Shown here piece after piece: positions 28,294 to 38,827 of a DNA stretch of 64,000 nt. Position numbers and translations under genes: made by a program. The notes below the pieces were generated by a model. The model made no database searches, was not told the origin of the DNA, and saw only the letters and a list, made by a program, of their open reading frames with translations. Positions within the stretch are counted from its first letter, which is position 1, and every line of letters begins with the position of its first letter. This DNA is from Patescibacteria group bacterium (GTDB lineage: Bacteria > Patescibacteriota > Microgenomatia > UBA12405). The DNA lies in NCBI GenBank assembly GCA_050943115.1, contig JBMNON010000001.1, positions 50,023 to 114,022 on the forward strand. Reading direction: 5' to 3'.

Positions 28294-28907
28294 GAAACCA
28301 GTCCCCTTCGGGCAACTTCCTCATATATTAAGTTGCTAATTCTTTCTTCCTTGCAATCACCGTCAACTACAAATGTTCTTTCTTCAAATTCCTTTGCCAA
28401 CTCCAAATAAATTTTTCTCGCTGCTGCCAGCTTATCCTCTTTCTCAAATATTGTTGAATCCGACCTCCCCTTTGCCATTCTCACCATAGCCACTCGGGGA
28501 TCTATGTCCACCAGAACCCACAATTCCGGCTCTTCCAGTCCGGCTTCTAAGTTTAAATCAAGAAGCTTTCTTTTGTCCCATACAGCTGCCCCATACGCCA
28601 CCGTCGACCAATAATATCTATCACTAACAACCGACCTGCCACTTGTTAGTGCCTGCTTGATAAAACCCTCACTGTGGTCAATCCTGTCCGCGACAAACAT
28701 ATATTGCAAAGCCCTGGGATGAATCACTTGTTTTTTTGTTACCACTCTTTCAATAGTTTCTCCCGCAGCTCCCGTTAATGTGTGTTCTCTTGTCAACACT
28801 ACGTCAGCACCGCCAGCCACCATCATTTCCTGCAGCCTTTTTGCCTGTGTTGATTTGCCGCTGCCGTCAATTCCTTCTACCGCAATAAACCTGCCTCTCT
28901 CGCTCAT
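28290..28907 (-). CDS. tmk: Thymidylate kinase
   Basis: FIAVEGIDGSGKSTQ, ADR..H, SDRYYWST.AY. Confidence 0.93.
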   Translation of the reverse strand: MSERGRFIAVEGIDGSGKSTQAKRLQEMMVAGGADVVLTREHTLTGAAGETIERVVTKKQVIHPRALQYMFVADRIDHSEGFIKQALTSGRSVVSDRYYWSTVAYGAAVWDKRKLLDLNLEAGLEEPELWVLVDIDPRVAMVRMAKGRSDSTIFEKEDKLAAARKIYLELAKEFEERTFVVDGDCKEERISNLIYEEVARRGLVS

Positions 28908-29470
28908 TTTTCCTCCTTAAAATTTAAATAACCCATTGATGCTGTCGGCCCTCTTTGTCCCTTATATTTACTTCCCAGTACCTCACTTCCATAAGGGTTA
29001 TCAACTTCACTACTCATTTGCAGAAAGCAAATTTGGGCAATTTTCATGCCGCCGTACAGTCGGATTGGCAATCTGGAAATATTGGTAATTTCAAAAGTCA
29101 ACTGGCCTTCAAATCCCGGATCTACGAACCCTGCCGTCGCGTGGACAATTAAACCCAGTCTCCCCAATGAACTCTTCCCTTCCAGCTTACCCGCCAAGTC
29201 TTTTGGTATGGCAAAAATTTCCGTCGTCGATCCCAGGATAAATTCTCCCGGATGAATGACAAATCCTTCTTTGCCAATTTCCACTATTCTGGAAACATCT
29301 TGTCTCTCCCTAACATCAATCACACTGGCAGCATAGTTATCAAATACCAGTACCTTATTCTGTAAATGCAAATCATAAGAGGAAGGTTGGACGCATTCCG
29401 GCTCAAAAGGATCGATTAAGATTCTTTTTGATTCAATTGCTTTCTTAATATCCTTATCGGACAGAATCAT
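28904..29470 (-). CDS. dcd: dCTP deaminase
   Basis: MILSD, QPSSYDL, GKSSLGRLG...HATAGFVDPGFEG, KYKGQ. Confidence 0.95.
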   Translation of the reverse strand: MILSDKDIKKAIESKRILIDPFEPECVQPSSYDLHLQNKVLVFDNYAASVIDVRERQDVSRIVEIGKEGFVIHPGEFILGSTTEIFAIPKDLAGKLEGKSSLGRLGLIVHATAGFVDPGFEGQLTFEITNISRLPIRLYGGMKIAQICFLQMSSEVDNPYGSEVLGSKYKGQRGPTASMGYLNFKEEK

Positions 29471-29657
29471 TAAAACTGTTTATAACAACCAAGCTGGCTT
29501 TTACCAAGTTTTATATCAAAGCAAGCAAGCTCACTTTATTCCATAATTTCCGCCACCTTTTAGATTGCTAGTTTCCAAGGCTAAAAATATAGACATATGC
29601 CGATAAACAGGATATAATTAAATATTCTCCATTTCTTTTTCATTTTCCCAATTTCTC

Positions 29658-30728
29658 ATGGCCAAAGAAATCTCCCGGAGAGACTTTCTTCGTCTTTCAG
29701 GATTAACCATCGCCAACTTAAGTCTGCCCAAATCGCGGGAGCTTCGTCAGGATTTTATCTCCCCAGAGTACCACTTTCATAATTTCTACAGAATCCACCG
29801 TCTCGACTTTCAAAACCAAGACATTAGAAATACCAATTCCGGCGGCCCCTTGACTCTGGCTACCACTCTTACCAATTGCGGCGCCATTGACTGCCGTAAA
29901 ACCGATGAAGTTCTTGGTCTTGCCGGTCGGGCCTTAATTATGGAGAAATGGAATTGGCGAGGCTGCAACTTGTCTTCTCTTCAGGATCTTGCTGCTTCTT
30001 ATGGCTGCCGCTACCACTGTCTTAGGCCAACCGAAGCCCCAAGCCTTCACAATCTGTCTTCAAATTCCCCCGCGCCTCTTCTTATCGAATACCCCGACAA
30101 CCATCAGAATACCGCTTTCCATAATCCCATCATGCTTATTGTCGGAACTGATTTAGCAAACAATCAAATTTCTCTCTACAACCCTTGTTCGAAATCCTCC
30201 TCTGAAGCTACCCAAACTCTCCCCTTTCCCGGATTCTTTTCCCGCTGGCCCAACTCATTGCAAAGAGTTCTCGTCCCTACTGAAAATGAAATCCGGACAC
30301 TAGATATTGACGATATCCCAACTTTTTTGGCTCCTCAAGTTTTGTCCTGGCGTCAAGAAATTATCGAATATACTCCGGAAGGATTTCCGCCATCTATCAC
30401 CGCAATTCTGATGCAACTTGAATCATTGGGAGATCAATACTTAGTATCCCATACCGGCGCTCTGGGCTTGCTTCAGGTAATGCCCTTCCATTTTAGACAA
30501 CACGATGATCCTTTGGACCCAAAAACGAACATTCAAACTGGCTTTACCGTCTTCCGGGAATGTCTCAACAAAGCCCTCGCCAGTCAACTTCCAGTCAAAG
30601 AAGCTCTGATTGAAGCAGCCGCCAATTATTCTGGCGGCAGCCGCCAATACGGGAAAGATTTCTACGCTTTTTTTGTCAGTCACCATCAAGGAATAGATGA
30701 TTGGTACAAGCGCCGCAGCGGTAATTGA
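29658..30728 (+). CDS. Twin-arginine protein: degenerate C39-like domain plus SLT lytic transglycosylase
   Basis: SRRDFLR; SGGPLTLA...LYNP (C39-like, Cys absent); ILMQLESLG, GALGLLQVMP, AAANYSGG. Confidence 0.7.
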   Translation: MAKEISRRDFLRLSGLTIANLSLPKSRELRQDFISPEYHFHNFYRIHRLDFQNQDIRNTNSGGPLTLATTLTNCGAIDCRKTDEVLGLAGRALIMEKWNWRGCNLSSLQDLAASYGCRYHCLRPTEAPSLHNLSSNSPAPLLIEYPDNHQNTAFHNPIMLIVGTDLANNQISLYNPCSKSSSEATQTLPFPGFFSRWPNSLQRVLVPTENEIRTLDIDDIPTFLAPQVLSWRQEIIEYTPEGFPPSITAILMQLESLGDQYLVSHTGALGLLQVMPFHFRQHDDPLDPKTNIQTGFTVFRECLNKALASQLPVKEALIEAAANYSGGSRQYGKDFYAFFVSHHQGIDDWYKRRSGN

Positions 30729-30759
30729 TAATTACAAAAAGCCTCTATATACTCAAAAC

Positions 30760-31404
30760 ATGACTGAAATTCTCAACCGCATTCTTGAGCTGGTTCATGT
30801 TAACGGTACCCTGGCCATGTTTATAGGAGGCGTTGTTGAACAGATTATCGTCCCCATCCCCTCTCCCATTATCACTATGGCCGGTGGCGCCTTTCTGATA
30901 GAACACGGTTTACCCATTTTTGAAACTGTCTGGCGCATTTTTTCTCATGTCACTCTCCCCTATGCTATCGGCGCCACCATCGGCACCAGCCTCGTTTATT
31001 TTATCGCCTATTTTGGCGGTAAGCCCATCATGGATCGCTTCGGTAAATTTATTGGTCTTTCCTGGAATTTAATAGAAAAAGTTAAAACAGACTTCCAAAA
31101 AACCATCAGGGACGAAATCTTCATTCTAGTTGCTTGCTCCATACCCATTGTCCCCGTTTCTCTGATCACCGGTTTCTGCGGCGGTTTTAAAATCCCTCCT
31201 CTAAAATTCTATCCCATGCTTTTTCTGGCCTTATTAATCCGCGCCACCCTCCTCGGCTTTATCGGTTTCCAAATGGGTGAAGCGTTCACGGAATTAGCTC
31301 ATGGTCTCGACAAAATTGAATCACTTCTCACTGTTGTCGGAGCCCTTCTCATTCTCGGCTTTCTTTACCTAAAGCGGGAAAAATGGCTCAAAACCAACGA
31401 ATAA
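30760..31404 (+). CDS. DedA/VTT-family membrane protein
   Basis: EQIIVPIPS, GATIG...YFIAYFGG, FIGLSW; start ATG 30760. Confidence 0.82.
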   Translation: MTEILNRILELVHVNGTLAMFIGGVVEQIIVPIPSPIITMAGGAFLIEHGLPIFETVWRIFSHVTLPYAIGATIGTSLVYFIAYFGGKPIMDRFGKFIGLSWNLIEKVKTDFQKTIRDEIFILVACSIPIVPVSLITGFCGGFKIPPLKFYPMLFLALLIRATLLGFIGFQMGEAFTELAHGLDKIESLLTVVGALLILGFLYLKREKWLKTNE

Positions 31405-31407
31405 CCC

Positions 31408-31637
31408 TTACGTCTTTTCGGCTTCAAGGTTATCTTTCCTCATGGGGAATTCATCTCCTAGTATATAAGCAGCCATTGTTCCCACCCTACCGCCCCGCCT
31501 ATTCTAGCTTCCGGGCTTCTTCCGGCATAAAGTCCCGCCATACCTACCAAGGCCACCCCGGTAAACGCCATCCCGGTGATTTCATCCAAAACTGCTCTAA
31601 ACCGATTATCTCTTGATCTGTCAATTTCTTTATTCAT
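31408..31637 (-). pseudogene. Small membrane ORF with apparent frameshift
   Basis: MNKEID...GMAFTGVALVGMAGLYAG...GGAVG; adding one G in GTAGGG restores VGTMAAYILGDEFPMRKDNLEAEKT-stop. Confidence 0.35.
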
Positions 31638-31706
31638 GGCTTATTATAAACCTCGTTTGTGTAGTTTTAATAACCGGCAGCTTCGTTTATAGTATTTATA
31701 TAACCT

Positions 31707-33260
31707 ATGATCAAAATTACCCTACCTCGGCTTTTTTTCCTAAACGACATTCAGCAAACTAACGAAACTGAAGTTTTAAATACCATTAACCATAATAGCC
31801 GTCTCTCCGTCTCGTTTATCCTTCTTCTGGTTTCTTCAACCATAATTTGCACCCTTGGTCTTCTTCTGAACAACTCCCCGGTTATTATCGGCGGTATGAT
31901 TATCTCTCCAATTATGTGGGCGCTCTCCAAAATTTCTATTGGTATATCTTATGAAAGACGAAGCTATCTCCAACAAGGCCTTTTACTCTTAATCATCGCT
32001 ACTTTCGTCGGTTTTATCAGTTCTTATTTAATCACCGTCATCTCGCCAGTTAAAGTCATCAGTAGTGAAATTCTCTCCCGTACCAATCCTACTCTCTTGG
32101 ACTTGATTATTGCCTTTGCCGCTGGAGCCATTGCTGCCCTGGCCATCACCCAACCGAAAATTTCGGAAAGCTTAGCCGGTGTCGCTATTGCCACTTCCCT
32201 TACACCACCGCTATGTGTCAGCGGCATTGGCTTAGCTCTCTCCAACCTTTCCGTTTTCACCGGTAGCTATCTGCTTTATCTTACCAATGTGCTAAGCATT
32301 ATCTTTGTTTCCGTACTAGCTTTCATTATAATTGGTATAAAACGAAACAGCGACCCCCAACTATACAAAAAATCAATTTCTGTAATTGCCACCCTGCTTA
32401 TCCTTATCTCCATCCCCCTCTACCTTCTCCTTCAAAACTATTCTTTTAAAATTCTTGCCTTTGATCAAATCGAAGAAACCCTAACAACCGAACTCCAAAG
32501 CATTTCACCCTCCATTCATCTTCAGGACATCGATACCCGTTTCTCAACTTCCGGTTTAAAAAATTTGGTTGTCATTGAAGCCAGTGTTTTGCTGCCGGAA
32601 AACATATCCATAAACTTTAAACAACAGGAAAATATTCTCAAGATTCTGGAAAATAAATTAAAAAAAAATATTGATCTCCAGCTAAAACTTCAGCGCACCC
32701 TTTCTATCAAAAATCGTCAAAATATGGAAGAAGAAGAACTGAAAAAAAATCTTCGCACGGCTTTTGAGTCTGAAATTCATAATATCGACCAATCGCTAAC
32801 CATTGATTCTCTTGATATCTTTTTCAGCAGCATCAAGCTAATTACCCTCAACGCCGTCATTCGTGCCGACGCCGGAGTTTCCCTCACCTACAACCATCAA
32901 AAAAATATTGAAAGTTCTCTCACGCAACAATTTAACCGTGCTATCGCTCTCAACCTAGAAGCCCTGCCCCGTATCAAGCTCAAATCTCAACCCGATTTGG
33001 AAAGCGACCAAATCAAAAAAGAAATTGTCTCACTGCTCCAATCCATATCAGGGCAAATTGAAATATCTTCTATCAACCTTAAAAATGAAAATCAGGAAGG
33101 CCAAGAACTTATAACGGTTGACGCCGAGCTTAAAAAACCGGATAATTTAAAACTAACACATTCTGATTTAGAAGCAATAAAAAATTATCTTGAATACAAA
33201 TACCAAAAACCCCTCATCCTCAACTTCAAAGTCTACCAGAATACCGGATTTTCAGTTTGA
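31707..33260 (+). CDS. DUF389/TIGR00341 membrane protein
   Basis: GLLLNNSPVIIGGMIISP, EILSRTNP.LLDL, GVAIATSL.PPL. Confidence 0.88.
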   Translation: MIKITLPRLFFLNDIQQTNETEVLNTINHNSRLSVSFILLLVSSTIICTLGLLLNNSPVIIGGMIISPIMWALSKISIGISYERRSYLQQGLLLLIIATFVGFISSYLITVISPVKVISSEILSRTNPTLLDLIIAFAAGAIAALAITQPKISESLAGVAIATSLTPPLCVSGIGLALSNLSVFTGSYLLYLTNVLSIIFVSVLAFIIIGIKRNSDPQLYKKSISVIATLLILISIPLYLLLQNYSFKILAFDQIEETLTTELQSISPSIHLQDIDTRFSTSGLKNLVVIEASVLLPENISINFKQQENILKILENKLKKNIDLQLKLQRTLSIKNRQNMEEEELKKNLRTAFESEIHNIDQSLTIDSLDIFFSSIKLITLNAVIRADAGVSLTYNHQKNIESSLTQQFNRAIALNLEALPRIKLKSQPDLESDQIKKEIVSLLQSISGQIEISSINLKNENQEGQELITVDAELKKPDNLKLTHSDLEAIKNYLEYKYQKPLILNFKVYQNTGFSV

Positions 33261-33807
33261 TACTCTTCTCCAAAACCGCCTGGACCAACCTTTCTTTAAC
33301 AAAGATGTAGTCCTGGTCGCCCAAAAACTCTTGGGCTGCTACTTGGTTGTCTTCAAAAACAGTATCCTTCGTATAGGTCAAATTACTGAAACCGAAGCCT
33401 ATGGCGGAACATCCGACCTTGCCTCTCATGCCCGCCACGGTCCCACCCCCAGAAATAAAATAATGTGGGGGCCCCCTGGTATTCTTTACGTGTATCTTGT
33501 TTACGGCCTTCATCATCTTTTCAACATCATCGTAAAACCCCCACAACAACCCTCCGGTGTTCTCATCCGCAGCCTGAAACCGGTTCTCAACCTTCCCCAA
33601 AACGTTGACGGTCCGGCCAGACTCACCAAAGCTCTTGGGATTACCAGGAACGACACCGGGCATAATCTCACCCAAAGTTCACAAATATTTATTGCCAAAT
33701 CGGCAAATACCCCAGTATCTTTCTGCTCCCTACCCCGAATTGGCATTGATTATGCACCGGAACCTTGGCGATCTATCCCTTGGCGCTTCACTCTCAAAAA
33801 ACACTAA
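33190..33807 (+). CDS. mpg: 3-methyladenine DNA glycosylase (MPG/AAG); start uncertain
   Basis: VAQKLLG, ITETEAY, YVYLVYGLH, VLIR, GPARLTKALGI, PRIGI..A...PWRF. Confidence 0.92.
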   Translation: MNTNTKNPSSSTSKSTRIPDFQFDTLLQNRLDQPFFNKDVVLVAQKLLGCYLVVFKNSILRIGQITETEAYGGTSDLASHARHGPTPRNKIMWGPPGILYVYLVYGLHHLFNIIVKPPQQPSGVLIRSLKPVLNLPQNVDGPARLTKALGITRNDTGHNLTQSSQIFIAKSANTPVSFCSLPRIGIDYAPEPWRSIPWRFTLKKH

Positions 33808-33808
33808 A

Positions 33809-34753
33809 CTAACTACAAAAAGGACACGAGTCTCCCGAATAATACAATCCGCATTTTTTGCACAACTTATAACCTTCGGGAACATTACCATAAATCACCT
33901 TTCTTACCCCTGAAACTTCTGCAATAAAATACCCCCTACCGGTCACTTCGGCAACCATTGTACTACCACTGCAACCAAAACTCCTTTTCGCCTCCATCCC
34001 AACAAAATTGGCAGCAATATATTCCATTTTCATCTCATCGGAAACCCCAGCCCCTCCCCTGGCTCTTGCCTCCAATTGCCGAAAAGCATAAGAATACAAA
34101 CCCAAAATAGCCTTCTCATCACCATACAAATCATTTTTCCAGCTACCATAGAAACTATTAACAGCCTCACTTACTACTGCTTGGACATCCACCTGACCCA
34201 CACTGCCCCCTCTAGTCCCGGCAATTCGCAACCTCTCCATAACCTCTGCCATTTTTACACCCGTCTGCACCGGCTTACCCAAAATTTCTAACCTGCTGGT
34301 AACCTCTCCCTGTCCCCCCAGTTGCTTTCTTATCTCCCTCATCTCGCCAAAACCCTGTCTTACTACTATTCGATTCCATTTGATTTGACCCTCGACCCTC
34401 CTCCAAAAATCTATACAATCATCGGTATAGTTTAATTCTTCATTCCGGGGGCTAAAGTAAACCCACATTTTCAAAGGATCACGCTCCAACCCCTTTTCTA
34501 TTGCCTCTATTGCCTCCGATTCCTCTTTTATTGAATACCTCCTGGTAATGTCTACCACCCCCAATCCCGACACTGGATCTACAATTTTTCCACCTCTTAT
34601 GTCATATGTTTTACTAAACTTGACCAACCCAAAATCCTCAGCCAGTTGAGTACTCAGTTCAGCTTCCAAACTTCTCCGCCGCCTACTCGCCTCAACTCTC
34701 AACAAAAATTCTTTTTCTTTTACTGGTGAAAATCCTATTGTCCTTTCCATCAC
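33809..34753 (-). CDS. Hypothetical protein with C-terminal Zn ribbon
   Basis: C-terminal CKKC...CPFC. Confidence 0.65.
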   Translation of the reverse strand: MMERTIGFSPVKEKEFLLRVEASRRRRSLEAELSTQLAEDFGLVKFSKTYDIRGGKIVDPVSGLGVVDITRRYSIKEESEAIEAIEKGLERDPLKMWVYFSPRNEELNYTDDCIDFWRRVEGQIKWNRIVVRQGFGEMREIRKQLGGQGEVTSRLEILGKPVQTGVKMAEVMERLRIAGTRGGSVGQVDVQAVVSEAVNSFYGSWKNDLYGDEKAILGLYSYAFRQLEARARGGAGVSDEMKMEYIAANFVGMEAKRSFGCSGSTMVAEVTGRGYFIAEVSGVRKVIYGNVPEGYKLCKKCGLYYSGDSCPFCS

Positions 34754-34832
34754 TTTTGCTCGAAAGTTTTACGTGGGTCGGGCTTTAACCGTAGCGGCAC
34801 TGCTCAGGAATTTCACCTGCTTCCAATATAAT

Positions 34833-35324
34833 TTACTGTTCTTCCGACTTTCTCCCCAACATAAATAAATAATCCGACAATCTATTAAAATAAGTCAAAA
34901 CATCTTCCCGTACTTCTCTGTTCCTGCTGAATCTTACCAGCCGCCTTTCTACCCTCCTTGCTACTGTCCTCGCCCAATTAAGTAATGCCCCCAATCTACA
35001 CTCAAAACCGATAAACTTCCTAATCGGAACTGTTTCTTTCTCCATCTTCTCAATCGCCTCTTCCAGCTGAATTATCCTGCAACCACAATCCCTGTATTTA
35101 ATGCCACAGCTTAATTCACCCATAATTCCCCACAAATCATCCTCAATGTCTTTAATGCCAGCCTTCACCTCCTTATTCTTCTCTGCCTCCAATCTCACCA
35201 GCCCCATAACTGCCTTTAGCTCATCCGCCACCCCTATTGCTTCCAACAAATCCCCATCCTTGTCCTCCTCTCTCCCCATCCAATAGCTCTTTCCTTTATC
35301 CCCTATTTTTGTCATTATGTCCAT
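34833..35324 (-). CDS. PduO-type ATP:cob(I)alamin adenosyltransferase
   Basis: TKIGDKG, G..DEL, ARTVARRVER, YFNRLSDYLF; directly downstream of nrdJ. Confidence 0.88.
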   Translation of the reverse strand: MDIMTKIGDKGKSYWMGREEDKDGDLLEAIGVADELKAVMGLVRLEAEKNKEVKAGIKDIEDDLWGIMGELSCGIKYRDCGCRIIQLEEAIEKMEKETVPIRKFIGFECRLGALLNWARTVARRVERRLVRFSRNREVREDVLTYFNRLSDYLFMLGRKSEEQ

Positions 35325-35366
35325 ATTCTCACCCCTTGCGGTAGATACACTTTAACCTCAAAGATC

Positions 35367-37895
35367 TCAACTGCACTTGCTGTAACCGCAAAAGCTGTTT
35401 GAACATTTAAAACACCCCTCCTCGGCATACAAAGGGCTGCCGCAATCCGGGCATGAGCTAAACTTGCTTTCACTACTTGCCAGTTTATTTCTGATTTCCG
35501 AAAGCAAATCCAAACTCGGTTGAACAATTACCTGCTGGCTCTGAGGCTTTATCTTGTCCTTTTCTTCCTTAAAAAGATCCAACTGTGCGCCTCTGGAAAT
35601 CTCCAATATGGATTTTCCAACTGCATCAAACATACTCAAAACAGTACCATGACCAATTCCCACTTTCTGTCCGCATGATATTCCTACCATTTCCTCAGCA
35701 ACCTCATCTAAACTAGCACCGTACTTTAATGCCAAAGATGCCAATCTTCCTGTCACCTCCGCCGCTGCTGCCATATACCCTCCGCTTTTCCCCAAAACTA
35801 CAAATACCTCGACAGGGCCGTCTCCCTCTTCAAAAAACACCGACGTATAAACGTTCCCCATATCGCATGCTTTTTTCACCCTAGCACCATTGGCAATCAT
35901 TGGTGTACTTTTCTTCATTGATACCGGCAGATGACTCTTACCATTACCCTCAACCTCCATACTACCCTTCCCCTCTTTCTCCTTTACCTTTTGCAAAACC
36001 TCTTTTTCCCTGGAACCTGTCCGGTATATTGTAATTCCCTTGGTTCCCAATTTGTATGCCTGCAAATAAGCCCTCCTGACTTCTTCAACACTTGCTTCCT
36101 TGGGAAAATTAATCGTTTTTGACACTGCATTATCAACATTTTCTTGAAAAGCCGCTTGAATTTTAATATGCCACTCCGGTGAAATTTCCAAAGCTGTTCT
36201 AAATACTTCCTTAATATCATCGGGAATTTCCTCAATACCTGTTAGTACCCCTCCGTTTTTGGAAATCTTCTCAATCAAAACGTCATTGTATAAATCCCTC
36301 TTTTTCAACTCTTCCACTAACACCGGATTAACATTGTAAAGCACTTTTCCCTCAATTGTATTCTTTTGGAAAGCTAGAGAAAATACCGGCTCAATACCGC
36401 TGCTGGTATCGGCAATCACACTTATTGTTCCCGTTGGGGCTATCGTGGTTAAGGCCATATTCCTTGGTTTATAGTCTCCTCCCGCAAACACGCTATCTTC
36501 CCAAGCCGGAAATACTCCTCTTTCCCGTCCCAACACTATCGTCGCCTCCCTGGCTTTCTCATCGATAAATTTCATCACCTTTCCGGCCCATCTTACCCCT
36601 TCCTCCGAGTCATATTTAACTCCCAGCTTGAATAACATATCGGCAAAACCCATTACCCCCAACCCTACCCTCCTAAACTTCCTTACGGTTTCTGAAATTT
36701 TCTCCACCGGAAATTCATTGACTTCGACTACATTGTCCAAAAAATGTATTGCTTCTTTTACTGTTTGCCCCAAACTCTCCCAATCTACCTCTTTGTTCTT
36801 CACAAAACCGGCCAAATTTATACTTCCTAAATTACAGGCGTCATAAGGCAAAAGAGGCTGTTCTCCGCAAGGATTTGTAGCCTCAATCTTACCCAATTTA
36901 ATGACCGGATTTGACCTTTCATTATTCATTCTGTCAATAAATACCAACCCCGGATCACCGTATTGCCAAGCTAACCTGGTAATTAAATTAAAGACCTTAT
37001 AAGCGTTCAACTTCATGGTAACCTGGTTATCCCGGGGGTTTATCAGCTCATAACCCTCCCCTTGGCTTTTTGCTTCCGCCCATTCATATAATTTGGCAAT
37101 TCCCTCCTCTACCTGCTTTAACCGGGCATCCACATCCCGATTCTGTTCCGCTTCCCTAATTGCTTCTACCACATCCTCCGGAACGCTATCGTCATCAACA
37201 TATTTTTTATCGCTCTCCACCTTCTCCATGAAGGTGTTTGTTACTGCCAGTGAAATATTAAAATTTGTCAAACTAAACTCATCCAGTTTCACCACCGCAA
37301 AACGCAACACATCCGGATGGTCAATGGACAACATTCCCATGTTGGCACCCCGCCTCACCCCTCCCTGTTTAATTTGTGAAGTCACGTCATTATATGCCTG
37401 CATAAAAGATACCGGCCCCACTGTAGTCCCACCGCTGGTTTTTATGTAATCACCATAAGGTCTCAACCTGGAAAAAGAAAATCCGGTTCCCCCACCGCTT
37501 TTATGAATCATCGCCATATCCGCCATAGTCCTTAAAATTGATTCCATCGAATCATCAATTGGCAAAACAAAACAAGCCGATAATTGTTGATGCGTCTTTC
37601 CCGCATTCACCAAACAGGGAGTATTTGGAAAAAATCTTTGCTCTGCCATCATGGTATAAAACCTTTTGGCCAAGTTATTTACCTCATCCTCGTTTTTACT
37701 AAAAACTTTATCAGCTTTGGCGATGCTGGAAGCCACCCTCCAAAATATATCCCTAATTTTTTCTGTTGGTTTGCCGTCAGCCCCCTTCATGGCATACCTG
37801 GTTTCGGCAATATACCTGGCATTATCCGACATCTTTACTTCGGGCAGGTCATTAACAATATTATCACTATTTGAAAGAATTTTTATATCTGTCAT
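35367..37895 (-). CDS. nrdJ: Class II adenosylcobalamin-dependent ribonucleotide reductase with TSCPD/Zn-ribbon tail
   Basis: PNTP.L.NAG, SACFV, GGGTG, RRGANM, TNPCGEQ, CNLGSIN, IAPTGT, C-terminal CPDC..EGC..C..CGYSKC. Confidence 0.95.
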   Translation of the reverse strand: MTDIKILSNSDNIVNDLPEVKMSDNARYIAETRYAMKGADGKPTEKIRDIFWRVASSIAKADKVFSKNEDEVNNLAKRFYTMMAEQRFFPNTPCLVNAGKTHQQLSACFVLPIDDSMESILRTMADMAMIHKSGGGTGFSFSRLRPYGDYIKTSGGTTVGPVSFMQAYNDVTSQIKQGGVRRGANMGMLSIDHPDVLRFAVVKLDEFSLTNFNISLAVTNTFMEKVESDKKYVDDDSVPEDVVEAIREAEQNRDVDARLKQVEEGIAKLYEWAEAKSQGEGYELINPRDNQVTMKLNAYKVFNLITRLAWQYGDPGLVFIDRMNNERSNPVIKLGKIEATNPCGEQPLLPYDACNLGSINLAGFVKNKEVDWESLGQTVKEAIHFLDNVVEVNEFPVEKISETVRKFRRVGLGVMGFADMLFKLGVKYDSEEGVRWAGKVMKFIDEKAREATIVLGRERGVFPAWEDSVFAGGDYKPRNMALTTIAPTGTISVIADTSSGIEPVFSLAFQKNTIEGKVLYNVNPVLVEELKKRDLYNDVLIEKISKNGGVLTGIEEIPDDIKEVFRTALEISPEWHIKIQAAFQENVDNAVSKTINFPKEASVEEVRRAYLQAYKLGTKGITIYRTGSREKEVLQKVKEKEGKGSMEVEGNGKSHLPVSMKKSTPMIANGARVKKACDMGNVYTSVFFEEGDGPVEVFVVLGKSGGYMAAAAEVTGRLASLALKYGASLDEVAEEMVGISCGQKVGIGHGTVLSMFDAVGKSILEISRGAQLDLFKEEKDKIKPQSQQVIVQPSLDLLSEIRNKLASSESKFSSCPDCGSPLYAEEGCFKCSNSFCGYSKCS

Positions 37896-37897
37896 TT

Positions 37898-38347
37898 TTA
37901 TTTTTTATTTTGAAATTCAACCACTAAATTTTTAAAATCTTCAATTGACTTAATATCCAAATATACTGTCGCAAAACGGATATACGCTACCGGATCAATG
38001 TCTTTTAATTTATTCATTACCATTAGGCCGATTTCCCGGCTTGGTATTTCCACTTTTTCCCAATTCAAAAGCTTTTTTTCTATCTCATCAATCAGCTTAT
38101 CCCTCTCTTCTGCCCCCAGCTTCCAGCAAGCCTTGTCAAAGCATCGCGCTAACTTTTCTCTGGAATAATCTTCTACCCGACCATCCTTTTTAACCACTCT
38201 AAGCTCAATACTGCCCACTTTTTCATAAGTAGTAAATCTCTTGCCACATTTCAAACACTCCCGTCTTCTTCTCGTCGCCCTGCCCTCCTGAGCGTCACGG
38301 CTTTCCAAAACATTGGATTCATCAAATCCACAATATGGACATAACAT
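37898..38347 (-). CDS. nrdR: Transcriptional repressor NrdR
   Basis: CPYC, RRRREC..C..RFTTYE, ATP cone, VAYIRFATVY. Confidence 0.97.
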   Translation of the reverse strand: MLCPYCGFDESNVLESRDAQEGRATRRRRECLKCGKRFTTYEKVGSIELRVVKKDGRVEDYSREKLARCFDKACWKLGAEERDKLIDEIEKKLLNWEKVEIPSREIGLMVMNKLKDIDPVAYIRFATVYLDIKSIEDFKNLVVEFQNKK

Positions 38348-38389
38348 ATTTTGCGTAATGTTAAACCTTTAATAAGTTTTTGGGGCAGT

Positions 38390-38405
38390 ACACTATAACT
38401 AGTGA
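38390..38405. promoter_or_regulatory. NrdR box upstream of nrdR-nrdJ
   Basis: ACACTATAACTAGTGA versus consensus acaCwAtATaTwGtgt. Confidence 0.7.
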
Positions 38406-38535
38406 ATAATTACCATCATACACACCACGGGAAGTGCCAGTCAACTACAAACAACTGCACCAAACTAAGTCAAGTTAAAAAAATTACCTTCCTCCAAAAC
38501 TCGCCACCTTCCAATGTCTACGGTATAATACCCCT

Positions 38536-38826
38536 ATGCAAAAAATTATCCGTTTTTTCAACGAAGTTAAAGTTGAATTCAAGAACATCTCTTGGCCCAA
38601 AAAAGATACTTTAATTCAGCTTTCAGTTGTGGTAATATCAATCTCGATCTTAACTTCCCTAATTTTAGGAGGTTTCGATTATTTGTTTACTAATTCGATT
38701 GCTCTTTTGAGCAGGGTTAATAATCCCGCTTCTGAAGTCCAAATCGAGCCTGAAATTCAAATTGAAGAGGCCACTCCTTCAGCAGAAAGCCCCTCCTCAA
38801 CGGAATCATCAGAAATTCAAAACTAA
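38536..38826 (+). CDS. secE: Preprotein translocase SecE
   Basis: EVKVEFKNISWP, single TM, upstream of nusG. Confidence 0.93.
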   Translation: MQKIIRFFNEVKVEFKNISWPKKDTLIQLSVVVISISILTSLILGGFDYLFTNSIALLSRVNNPASEVQIEPEIQIEEATPSAESPSSTESSEIQN

Positions 38827-38827
38827 A

